Source: Candidatus Aminicenantes bacterium (GTDB lineage Bacteria > Acidobacteriota > Aminicenantia > Aminicenantales > Aminicenantaceae). From it: 28,150 nucleotides of DNA. How positions within the stretch are numbered: the first letter of the stretch is position 1; every line of letters begins with the position of its first letter. This document shows, in pieces, positions 1-7,539 of this stretch. Where the stretch lies: NCBI GenBank assembly GCA_030633795.1, contig DAOWCB010000001.1, positions 1-28,150 of the forward strand. Reading direction: 5' to 3'. Below the pieces are notes generated by a model. That model saw nothing but the letters and a program-made list of their open reading frames with translations. It was not told the DNA's origin and did no database searches. Position numbers and translations under genes: made by a program.

Positions 1-1
1 A

Positions 2-1264
2 AGAGCATCCCTTTTGTATGACATCCAAGACAGCCATTGCGGGAACATGGTCATGAGATGGAAAGACGAGAAGGGAGAGGAAAGGATGGCTATAACGGCA
101 ACGGGCTCACAAAAAGGAGATCTTGAGCCCGAGCACATCTGTTTCCCCTCTCTGAAAGAAATGGACTTCGGTTACTATAAAGCATCATCCGAGAGCGACA
201 TCCATGCGAAAATATTGGCATTGGTTGGAGTGAATGCCTCCATGCATTGCCACACAAAAGACCTGATTATCGACACCCTGGATGATGAAAAAAAGCCCAA
301 CCAACCTGAACCATTCTATCCAACCGATCCTCTGGGATATTACCATTTGGGAAGCATCATCCCGGTTGATTGGTTTGCGCTCCCCAGTGGCTCACCCCAG
401 ATGGTAAAGATCATCCCAGACCGGCTTTCCCGACATCCTGTGACGCTGGTACAAGCTCACGGGGCTTTCTCCCGAGGACGAACGCTCAAGGAAGCTTTTT
501 TCCTGCAGTGTGTGGCAAACAACTCGGGCTACATCGTGCGCTTGATGAAAAAAATGAATGTCGCTGTCGAAGATCTAAGAAAAAAAATCAAATTAGACCC
601 ACACTCCCAGTTTTCCTTCCCGCCTGATGAGTATATTATCGATGACGACGTTACCTCCCGATTCCCGAAGGAGGAAGAGCTCGTCAAGGAATTTTATAAA
701 ACCGGAGCCAGGATTTTCGAATCCCGGCTCTCCCCGTTTCACACAGGCACCCTCTCCATCCGGGGAGTCAATACAATGTTTTATGCTCCGAAAGCATCTA
801 TGCCGAGAGAAATAGGAGGGCCCTTGTTGGAAATGTATCTCAATCCTGAAAAAGGCGACACAAAGGAGATGGAAATCCATAAAACAATCTATGCCCAAAC
901 GAATTTCCAGACCGTTTGCCACTGTTGGGTTCCAGAAGCCGAAGCGCATGCCCACTTCCGATACCCAGGAGAAACCCAAGTTCTAAAACGTATCATCCCC
1001 ATCGATGCAGAGGGAAGTTATTTGTATCTCGTGATTCCCGTGATTCCCCCGGCACATGACATCGGAATATTCCTCCAGTTGCTACATGATTATAAAGTCG
1101 TGGTCGTTCGAGGAGGAGGGGTTTGGGGTGTTGGATCCCAATCCCTTTCGGAAGTCCTTCATCATCCCTCGTCGGTAAGGGAAATCTGTCTATACAGGAT
1201 CGGCGCCTACGAACGAGGACTAGATCTTCGCAAGATGGAACCCAAAAAGGCTCATAAATGGTAG
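2..1264 (+). CDS. Class II aldolase/adducin-family protein with two tandem aldolase domains; 5' end lies outside the window
   Basis: The frame is open to the window edge (aga gca tcc ctt ttg tat... = RASLLYDIQDSHCGN), so the TTG at 14 is probably not the true start. Domain 1 has GN, ITATGS, ASSESDIH, MHCH and QAHG, matching the FucA/AraD Glu plus three-His zinc set. Domain 2 has GTLSIR, EMEIHKTIY, VCHCW and VRGGGVWGVG. Confidence 0.8.
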   Translation, partial: RASLLYDIQDSHCGNMVMRWKDEKGEERMAITATGSQKGDLEPEHICFPSLKEMDFGYYKASSESDIHAKILALVGVNASMHCHTKDLIIDTLDDEKKPNQPEPFYPTDPLGYYHLGSIIPVDWFALPSGSPQMVKIIPDRLSRHPVTLVQAHGAFSRGRTLKEAFFLQCVANNSGYIVRLMKKMNVAVEDLRKKIKLDPHSQFSFPPDEYIIDDDVTSRFPKEEELVKEFYKTGARIFESRLSPFHTGTLSIRGVNTMFYAPKASMPREIGGPLLEMYLNPEKGDTKEMEIHKTIYAQTNFQTVCHCWVPEAEAHAHFRYPGETQVLKRIIPIDAEGSYLYLVIPVIPPAHDIGIFLQLLHDYKVVVVRGGGVWGVGSQSLSEVLHHPSSVREICLYRIGAYERGLDLRKMEPKKAHKW

Positions 1265-1306
1265 GATATTAAGGATATAAGCAATCCCATGACAGGAGGT
1301 TAAAGA

Positions 1307-1783
1307 ATGGCTAAAATCTTGGTTTGTTATTATTCCAAAACAGGGAATACGGAAAAAATGGCTCAAATCATCGCCAAAAAGATGGAAGAACAAGATTTTT
1401 CTGTTGATTTAAAAAGAATTGAGGAGACAAAAGTTGATGATTTACTCGAGTATGACTGTATAATCCTCGGATCGCCAACCTATTATGGATCGATGGCCTG
1501 GCCGATAAAAAAACTGTTGGATGACAGCATTAAATTCCATAGCCGATTGAAAGGAAAGGTCGGCGTCGCTTTTTCTTCTGCGGCAAACGTGGGCGGAGGA
1601 AACGAAACCACAATCCTGGACATATTGAATGCTTTTTTAATCCATGGGATGATCATCCGAGGTAATCATAAGGGAGACCACTATGGTCCTGTCTCCATCG
1701 ATTTTCCTGACGAACGAGCATCAGAATGCTGCCGACAGTATGCAGAGAATCTTGCTGAACTAGTGAAAAAACTATTTTCGTAG
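1307..1783 (+). CDS. Flavodoxin-fold, WrbA-like NAD(P)H-dependent FMN oxidoreductase
   Basis: YYSKTGNT FMN-phosphate loop, GSPTYYG, GKVGVAF and GGGNETT motifs; SD (AGGAGG) upstream of the ATG. Confidence 0.85.
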   Translation: MAKILVCYYSKTGNTEKMAQIIAKKMEEQDFSVDLKRIEETKVDDLLEYDCIILGSPTYYGSMAWPIKKLLDDSIKFHSRLKGKVGVAFSSAANVGGGNETTILDILNAFLIHGMIIRGNHKGDHYGPVSIDFPDERASECCRQYAENLAELVKKLFS

Positions 1784-1787
1784 GTCG

Positions 1788-3062
1788 TTAGTCGGATCTT
1801 TTTTTGAGAACGTCCGATTCATAACGCGCTATATCTTGCATCCAAAGGTCCCGATGAGGAACATCCTTCTGCAAACAATAATAATCCCAGACAGCCCCCA
1901 TAGGTTGCGTTTTCGACTCTTCCATAAGGGCAAGCCTGGCAAAAAAGTCGCCCTCATTTTCATATGCCCGAAGCTTCTCTAAAGGCTGTAGAAGAGCCGA
2001 CAGGAGGCTTTTAAGGGTTGCTCGGGCGCTGATCACCCAAGCTCCCACGCGGTTAATGCTGGCATCAAAAAAATCGAGAGCGATATGGACACGATCCATG
2101 TCTCCGCTTCGAACGATCTCGTCTGCAATGGCTAGTAAATCATCACTCTGGATGACAGCATGATCGCTATCCCATCTAATCCCACGGCTCAGATGCAACA
2201 AAAGCTCATCGAAAAACAGCAAGATGGCAGATATTTTATCCGCCAAGGACTCTGTCGGATGAAAGTGGCCGGCATCCAAACAAAGCATCTTGTCCCTGGA
2301 TTGAGCATACCCAAAGTAAAATTCATGCGAACCCACCACATAGGATTCGCTCCCTATCCCGAACAGCTTGCTTTCGAGTGAATCTTTGATTTCCGACTTC
2401 GGATATTCCACGGCATAGATTTCATCCAATGATTTTTTCAACAAAAATCTTGGTGTCTTACGATCGACAGGGGTGTCTTTCATTCCGTCAGGTATCCAAA
2501 GATTGTGAATGCAGGGGCTTCCCAGCTCACGACCTATATGAGAACTGATCGTACGGCAACGTTTAACATGTTCTATCCAAAACTTGCGGATCTCCGAGTC
2601 TTTGCTGCTCAACGTGAATCCAGATGCCGCCATCGGATGGGAAAAACACGTGGCGTTAAAATCCAACTTGATACTCTCCTGAACGGCCCATTCAACCCAG
2701 CCTTTATAATGAGCATATTCCAATGCGTCTCGATCCACAAGATCTTTTCCAAATTCTCCATACATGGAATGTAAATTCAACCGGTGATATCCAGGAATCA
2801 ACGAAAAAGCCATTTCCAGATCCATCCTCAATTCATCGGCTGTCCGTGCTCTCCCTGGATAATTTCCGGTGACCTGAATGCCTCCTCCCGCCACCTGTTC
2901 ATTTGGTTTTTCGAATCCGGCAACATCGTCACCATGCCAGCATGGGAGAGAAACGGATATCAGGTCCATTTGCTTCAAGACGTCTTTAACATCCACACCC
3001 CATTTGGCATAGATATCTTTGGCCATTTCATAGGCATGTTCAATCTTTTGGTTATTTCTCAT
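1788..3062 (-). CDS. rhaA: L-rhamnose isomerase (424 aa)
   Basis: CWHGDDVAGFE, TGNYPGRAR, HRLNLHS, WIPDGMKD, ESKLFGIGSESY, LDAGHFHPTE, SRGIRWDSDH and LDFFDASINR motifs. Start moved to ATG 3062 (MRNNQKIE), which has GGAG upstream and overlaps the rhaB stop by 11 nt. Confidence 0.95.
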   Translation of the reverse strand: MRNNQKIEHAYEMAKDIYAKWGVDVKDVLKQMDLISVSLPCWHGDDVAGFEKPNEQVAGGGIQVTGNYPGRARTADELRMDLEMAFSLIPGYHRLNLHSMYGEFGKDLVDRDALEYAHYKGWVEWAVQESIKLDFNATCFSHPMAASGFTLSSKDSEIRKFWIEHVKRCRTISSHIGRELGSPCIHNLWIPDGMKDTPVDRKTPRFLLKKSLDEIYAVEYPKSEIKDSLESKLFGIGSESYVVGSHEFYFGYAQSRDKMLCLDAGHFHPTESLADKISAILLFFDELLLHLSRGIRWDSDHAVIQSDDLLAIADEIVRSGDMDRVHIALDFFDASINRVGAWVISARATLKSLLSALLQPLEKLRAYENEGDFFARLALMEESKTQPMGAVWDYYCLQKDVPHRDLWMQDIARYESDVLKKRSD

Positions 3063-4539
3063 CGGTAAACTCCGTATGGAGGATCTTTTGGAAAAGCCCG
3101 AAAGCTTCGCTCCATTCTTTTGTTTTCTTTGGTTCGTAAACCACAACATCAAACGAGTTACGTATAACTTCCCGCATCTGAACTAATGACTGGATAAATC
3201 CGTGGGCCCTTGACTGCATCATGATATTCCCTATGGCAGCAGCCTCAGCAGGTCCTGCAAAAACAGGGAGTCCGGTTGCATTGGCCGTGAATTGACAGAG
3301 CAACTGGTTTTTCGCTCCCCCTCCGATTATATGAATCTTGTTGATAGGATTTGAGCTGATCTGCCTGATTTCATCCAGAACGACCCGGTATTTGAAGGCT
3401 AAGTTCTCACAGATCCCCCGTACAAATTCAGCAGGTGATCGAGGGAGCTTTTGTCCGGTTCGAACGCAAAAGTGTTGGATGGCTTTGGGCATATCAGCCG
3501 GGTTGAGAAATCCCTCCCAGTCCGGGTCGATGAAAAACCGGAAGGATTTGGCCTCCTGGGCCATTGCCATCAATTGGTCATAAGTGAATCTTTTTTCCAT
3601 TTCCCAGGCTTCACGGCACTTTTGCACAAGCCAAAGACCTGTGATGTTCTTCAAAACCCGGAAAGTGCCCTCTACGCCACCCTCGTTCGTGAAATTAAGC
3701 CGGAGAGCCAAATCATTGATGATCGGATTCTCTGTTTCAATGCCCATCAGTGACCACGTTCCAGAGCTGATAAATGCCCAATTCTGTCCTTGAGCAGGAA
3801 CACAAGCCACGGCTGATCCTGTATCATGAGATGCCACAGCTACAACCAGAACATCCCTCCAGCCAAGCTGTTGGGCAATGTTCTTGTCCAGCTTTCCGAT
3901 AAGGGAACCCGGCTGGACAATCTCTTGCATGAGGGACTTGGATACCCCGAGGGCACCAAAAAGTTCATCTTCCCAGCCCTTTTTTCTCGGATTATACAGT
4001 TGGGATGTTGTCGCAAAAGTGAACTCGGTTTTTTTCTCTCCTGTCAGGAAATAATGGAATAAGTCTGGCATGAACAGGAGATCACGGGCCTCTTCCATAA
4101 CGGATGATTTGTCTCTTTTCATAGCATAGAGTTGAAACAGAGAATTGAAAGGCAGAAACTGGATTCCCGTCAGGTTATAGATCCTTTCCCGTGGGATCAG
4201 CTTGAAAAATTCTTCCATCGCCCCTTGGGTGTACGCATCCCGGTAGGCAAAGGGCATGCCGAGGATTGTCCCGTCTTGATCCAACAGGCCAAAATCAACT
4301 CCCCATGTGTCTATGGCAAAGCTGGCGATCCGTGTTTCTTCCGCACAGATCGCCAATCCTTTCTTTATCTCTTTGAGCAGCCGGAAAATATCCCAATGAA
4401 GATGTTCGTGAACAGGGAGCATTCCATTCGCAAACCGGTAGAGTTCTTTGGTGCGAAGATGGCTCGTCTCAAGCTGACCGAGGATCGCTCGACCACTTGC
4501 AGCCCCTAAATCAAACGCCAGAAAGGAAGAAGAAGGCAT
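3052..4539 (-). CDS. rhaB: Rhamnulokinase (FGGY family, 495 aa)
   Basis: LAFDLGAASGR, IDTWGVDFGLLD, ASHDTGSAV, ISSGTWSLMG, TNEGG, KNITGLWL and IIGGG motifs; directly upstream of rhaA. Start placed at ATG 4539 (AGGA upstream); ATG 4545 is an alternative. Confidence 0.92.
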   Translation of the reverse strand: MPSSSFLAFDLGAASGRAILGQLETSHLRTKELYRFANGMLPVHEHLHWDIFRLLKEIKKGLAICAEETRIASFAIDTWGVDFGLLDQDGTILGMPFAYRDAYTQGAMEEFFKLIPRERIYNLTGIQFLPFNSLFQLYAMKRDKSSVMEEARDLLFMPDLFHYFLTGEKKTEFTFATTSQLYNPRKKGWEDELFGALGVSKSLMQEIVQPGSLIGKLDKNIAQQLGWRDVLVVAVASHDTGSAVACVPAQGQNWAFISSGTWSLMGIETENPIINDLALRLNFTNEGGVEGTFRVLKNITGLWLVQKCREAWEMEKRFTYDQLMAMAQEAKSFRFFIDPDWEGFLNPADMPKAIQHFCVRTGQKLPRSPAEFVRGICENLAFKYRVVLDEIRQISSNPINKIHIIGGGAKNQLLCQFTANATGLPVFAGPAEAAAIGNIMMQSRAHGFIQSLVQMREVIRNSFDVVVYEPKKTKEWSEAFGLFQKILHTEFTDEK

Positions 4540-4569
4540 GTTCATGTTCCTAAAACTCTCAAAATTTCC

Positions 4570-4596
4570 ATTATCATACTGCACCCCGGCTGTCAA
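4570..4596 (-). promoter_or_regulatory. Candidate sigma70 promoter for rhaB-rhaA
   Basis: TTGACA (4596-4591) followed by GATAAT at 15 nt or TATGAT at 12 nt; the spacing is non-canonical. Confidence 0.4.
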
Positions 4597-4610
4597 TCGA
4601 AAAAGGTGTA

Positions 4611-4639
4611 TTGATGTTTTCCCCAATCTTGCATACAAT
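4611..4639 (+). promoter_or_regulatory. Candidate sigma70 promoter for the GH78 gene
   Basis: TTGATG-N17-TACAAT, 30 nt upstream of the ATG; back-to-back with the rhaB candidate promoter. Confidence 0.55.
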
Positions 4640-4669
4640 CCCAATCACAGGGAAAAACAGGAGGTCCAT

Positions 4670-7330
4670 ATGATTTTTCAGCCCTGGATCAAAATACTAT
4701 TGGTGACTTCGGTGCTAGCATTTTCCGCCAGCCTAGCGACTGCCTCAGAGGAAATCACTGGGCCACATCCGCCCGATAATCTCCGGTGTGAATACCTTGA
4801 GAATCCGATCGGAATAGATGTGAAAAAACCGCGATTTTCATGGATGTTGAAACACTCCGAGCGGGGTCATACCCAAACGGCTTTTCAGTTGATCGTTTCC
4901 TCAGACCCCTTGGCCGAAGAGGCTGATATTTGGGATTCGAAAAAAGTGGCATCCGATCGATCCATGCATGTGGCTTACGATGGCAAACCTCTCGAGAGTG
5001 ATCGCTCATACTTCTGGAAGGCAAGATACTGGGATGATCAAGACGTTCCCAGCCCTTACAGTCAAGTGGCCCGGTTCGATACGGGTCTGTTTGATCCTGA
5101 GGATTGGGAGGGAGAGTGGATCGGAGGAAAAAATCAGCTTCGCAAAGAATTTTCCGTCAACGGCCGGGTCAAACGCGGTTGCATCCATCTGTGCGGTCTC
5201 GGATATTATGAGTTGCGATTGAACGGTCAAAAAGTCGGGAATAACGTACTCGATCCTGGCTACACGACTTATGAGAAAAGGATTCTTTATTCCTCATACG
5301 ATATAACTCCATTTATCCGCAATGGAATCAATGCCCTCGGGGCAATGCTCGGCAAGGGATGGAGTACTGTCCGCCTTCTGAAACTCCAACTCAATATCGA
5401 GCTGGAAGATGGGAACAAGATGACGATTTTCAGTGATCCATCATGGAAGCAGACAGACGGACCGATAGTTCAAGACAGCATCTACAACGGAGAAATCTAT
5501 GATGCAAGGCTTGAAACGCCCGGTTGGGACTGCCCGGGATTTGACGACAGCACATGGATATCCGTCGAGACCGGCATTGTTCCCAAAGGAAGACTTTCAG
5601 CCCAGATGATCCCACCCATCAAAGTCATGGATACGATTATCCCTTTGGAGATGACAAATCCAGCCAAAGGCGTCTATGTCTTTGACATGGGCCAAAACTT
5701 CAGCGGATGGGTAGAGCTTCGAGTATCCGGACCCAGAGGCCACGAGCTACGCCTCCGGCATGCCGAGCTTTTGTATGAAAACGGCATGATCAACCAAGAA
5801 AACCTGAGGTCAGCTCGAGCTGAGGATGTCTATATTCTTAAAGGGAAAGGAGTGGAAATATACCAACCCCGTTTCACCTACCACGGATTCCGGTATGTGG
5901 AAATGACCGGATATCCAGGCGTACCGAATATGGAAACGATCCGAGGAAAAGTGGTTCATTCCGCAGTCCAACAGATCGGCAATTTTTCCTGTTCCAAACC
6001 CATCCTGAACCAATTACAACGGCTCATCATATGGGGCCAGAAGACAAACCTCCACAGCATTCCGACCGACTGCAACCAACGTGATGAACGGATGGGATGG
6101 TTGGGGGATGCCCATCTCACTGCCGAACAGGCTATGATGAATTTTGATATGGGTGCGTTTTACACCAAATTCATCCGAGATATCCAGGATGTGCAAGATA
6201 AAGACGGCGCACTGACAGATACCGTTCCTCATATTTGGGGGCAGCGCCCCGCCGATCCCGCTTGGGGAACGGCCTATCCTCTTCTCTGCTGGTACATGTA
6301 CCGTTACTATGGGGATGAATCCCTCCTCGCAGCCCAATATGATGGGGTAAAAGACTATGTGGAATTTCTGCGATCCAAGGCCAAGAATAATCTATTGGAT
6401 TTCAGCTATTACGGAGACTGGGTTGCAATAGAAAAAACACCGGGAGATTTTGTGTCATCCTTTTATTACTACTATGATGCCGTAATCTTGATGAAGATGG
6501 CAGAAATCCTGGGATATGATGCAGAAATCAAGACCTACAAGGCCCTGGCGGATAAAATCAAAAAGGCCTTCAATAAAAAATACTTCGATACAGAAACGAA
6601 AAGTTATGCCAACGGCACCCAAACCGCAAACCTCCTGCCTCTTTATCTGGATATCGTTCCGGAAGAAGAGATTGGTTCGGTTTTCGGGAATCTGCGGCGT
6701 GACATCCTGTATAAGAACAACACCCACCTGACAACCGGCATCATCGGAACCAAGTATCTGATGGAAGTGCTCGCTAAATTCCATTCCTCCGACTTGGCTT
6801 ATGAACTGGCCACCCAAACCAGCTATCCCAGCTGGGGATACATGATCGCCAACGGCGCCACTACCCTTTGGGAACTTTGGCAGCACAAAACAGGGCCGTC
6901 GATGAATTCGCACAATCATCCAATGTTCGGTAGTGTGGGGGCATGGTTTTATCAAGCCTTGGCTGGTATTACTCAACCGGAAGGATCTTCAGGATTCCGA
7001 AACATTTTGATCCAGCCCCAAATAGTCCGCGACCTGCAGTATGTGGCTGGAACCATTCACACCCCTCGGGGGATGGTCACCAGTGCCTGGACAAAATCGG
7101 ACCGTCACATTTCTCTGGATGTGACCATCCCTGTGAATGCACAGGCAGAGATTCGTCTTCCCAAGTTCGGATGGGATGGCGTCACGCTTAAAGAAAACGG
7201 CAAACAGATCTACGACGGACAAAAATTCCTGACTGGGGAGCAAGGCATCCAGATGGTTGAAGAAACCAAAAACGAGGTCATCATAAAGATTGGTTCTGGC
7301 CGGTACCTATTTCAACTGATAGGAGAATGA
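4670..7330 (+). CDS. Secreted alpha-L-rhamnosidase, glycoside hydrolase family 78 (886 aa)
   Basis: CAGGAGG SD before ATG 4670; signal peptide MIFQPWIKILLVTSVLAFSASLATA; LRCEYLENPIGID N-domain; PTDCNQRDERMGWLGD catalytic motif; GATTLWELW and SHNHPMFG; adjacent to rhaBA. Confidence 0.93.
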   Translation: MIFQPWIKILLVTSVLAFSASLATASEEITGPHPPDNLRCEYLENPIGIDVKKPRFSWMLKHSERGHTQTAFQLIVSSDPLAEEADIWDSKKVASDRSMHVAYDGKPLESDRSYFWKARYWDDQDVPSPYSQVARFDTGLFDPEDWEGEWIGGKNQLRKEFSVNGRVKRGCIHLCGLGYYELRLNGQKVGNNVLDPGYTTYEKRILYSSYDITPFIRNGINALGAMLGKGWSTVRLLKLQLNIELEDGNKMTIFSDPSWKQTDGPIVQDSIYNGEIYDARLETPGWDCPGFDDSTWISVETGIVPKGRLSAQMIPPIKVMDTIIPLEMTNPAKGVYVFDMGQNFSGWVELRVSGPRGHELRLRHAELLYENGMINQENLRSARAEDVYILKGKGVEIYQPRFTYHGFRYVEMTGYPGVPNMETIRGKVVHSAVQQIGNFSCSKPILNQLQRLIIWGQKTNLHSIPTDCNQRDERMGWLGDAHLTAEQAMMNFDMGAFYTKFIRDIQDVQDKDGALTDTVPHIWGQRPADPAWGTAYPLLCWYMYRYYGDESLLAAQYDGVKDYVEFLRSKAKNNLLDFSYYGDWVAIEKTPGDFVSSFYYYYDAVILMKMAEILGYDAEIKTYKALADKIKKAFNKKYFDTETKSYANGTQTANLLPLYLDIVPEEEIGSVFGNLRRDILYKNNTHLTTGIIGTKYLMEVLAKFHSSDLAYELATQTSYPSWGYMIANGATTLWELWQHKTGPSMNSHNHPMFGSVGAWFYQALAGITQPEGSSGFRNILIQPQIVRDLQYVAGTIHTPRGMVTSAWTKSDRHISLDVTIPVNAQAEIRLPKFGWDGVTLKENGKQIYDGQKFLTGEQGIQMVEETKNEVIIKIGSGRYLFQLIGE

Positions 7331-7332
7331 TC

Positions 7333-7539
7333 TTATCCGTGATCTCCGTCGGAATGCTGATTTCTTTTTTGAATCAACGCCCGCAGGGAAGCAAAGAAAA
7401 ACCAGAAAAACGAAGCCAATAAAAAGATCCATTTGTAGTCCTTTTCACTGACTTCACCCCAAAAAAACAAAAAAGGCGAGGCCAGGCAGCATAGGAGGCT
7501 GATCCCGGCAAGGGATGACAGCACTATTTTTCGCATCAT
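7333..7539 (-). CDS. Small hypothetical membrane protein (68 aa, two hydrophobic segments)
   Basis: MMRKIVLSSLAGISLLCCLASPFLFFWGEVSEKDYKWIFLLASFFWFFFASLRALIQ... Strong SD AAGGAGG; the ATG overlaps the permease TGA (ATGA). The longer 7692 start in the ORF track runs inside the permease and was rejected. Confidence 0.7.
   Translation of the reverse strand: MMRKIVLSSLAGISLLCCLASPFLFFWGEVSEKDYKWIFLLASFFWFFFASLRALIQKRNQHSDGDHG

Noticed and set aside
4538-4669. N-terminal extensions in the ORF track for GH78 (4538), rhaB (4644), rhaA (3152), the microprotein (7692), the permease (9047), metK (19242) and the macro protein (23968)
   Set aside because: The extensions cross promoters or neighbouring genes and lack family similarity. 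Internal ATGs, most with good SDs, give family-typical N-termini.
6455-6976. Long antisense or alternate-frame ORFs (for example 6455-6976, 7777-8214, 8152-8583, 10617-11048, 22748-23257)
   Set aside because: They lie wholly within well-supported genes and have no recognisable motifs, so they are shadow ORFs.
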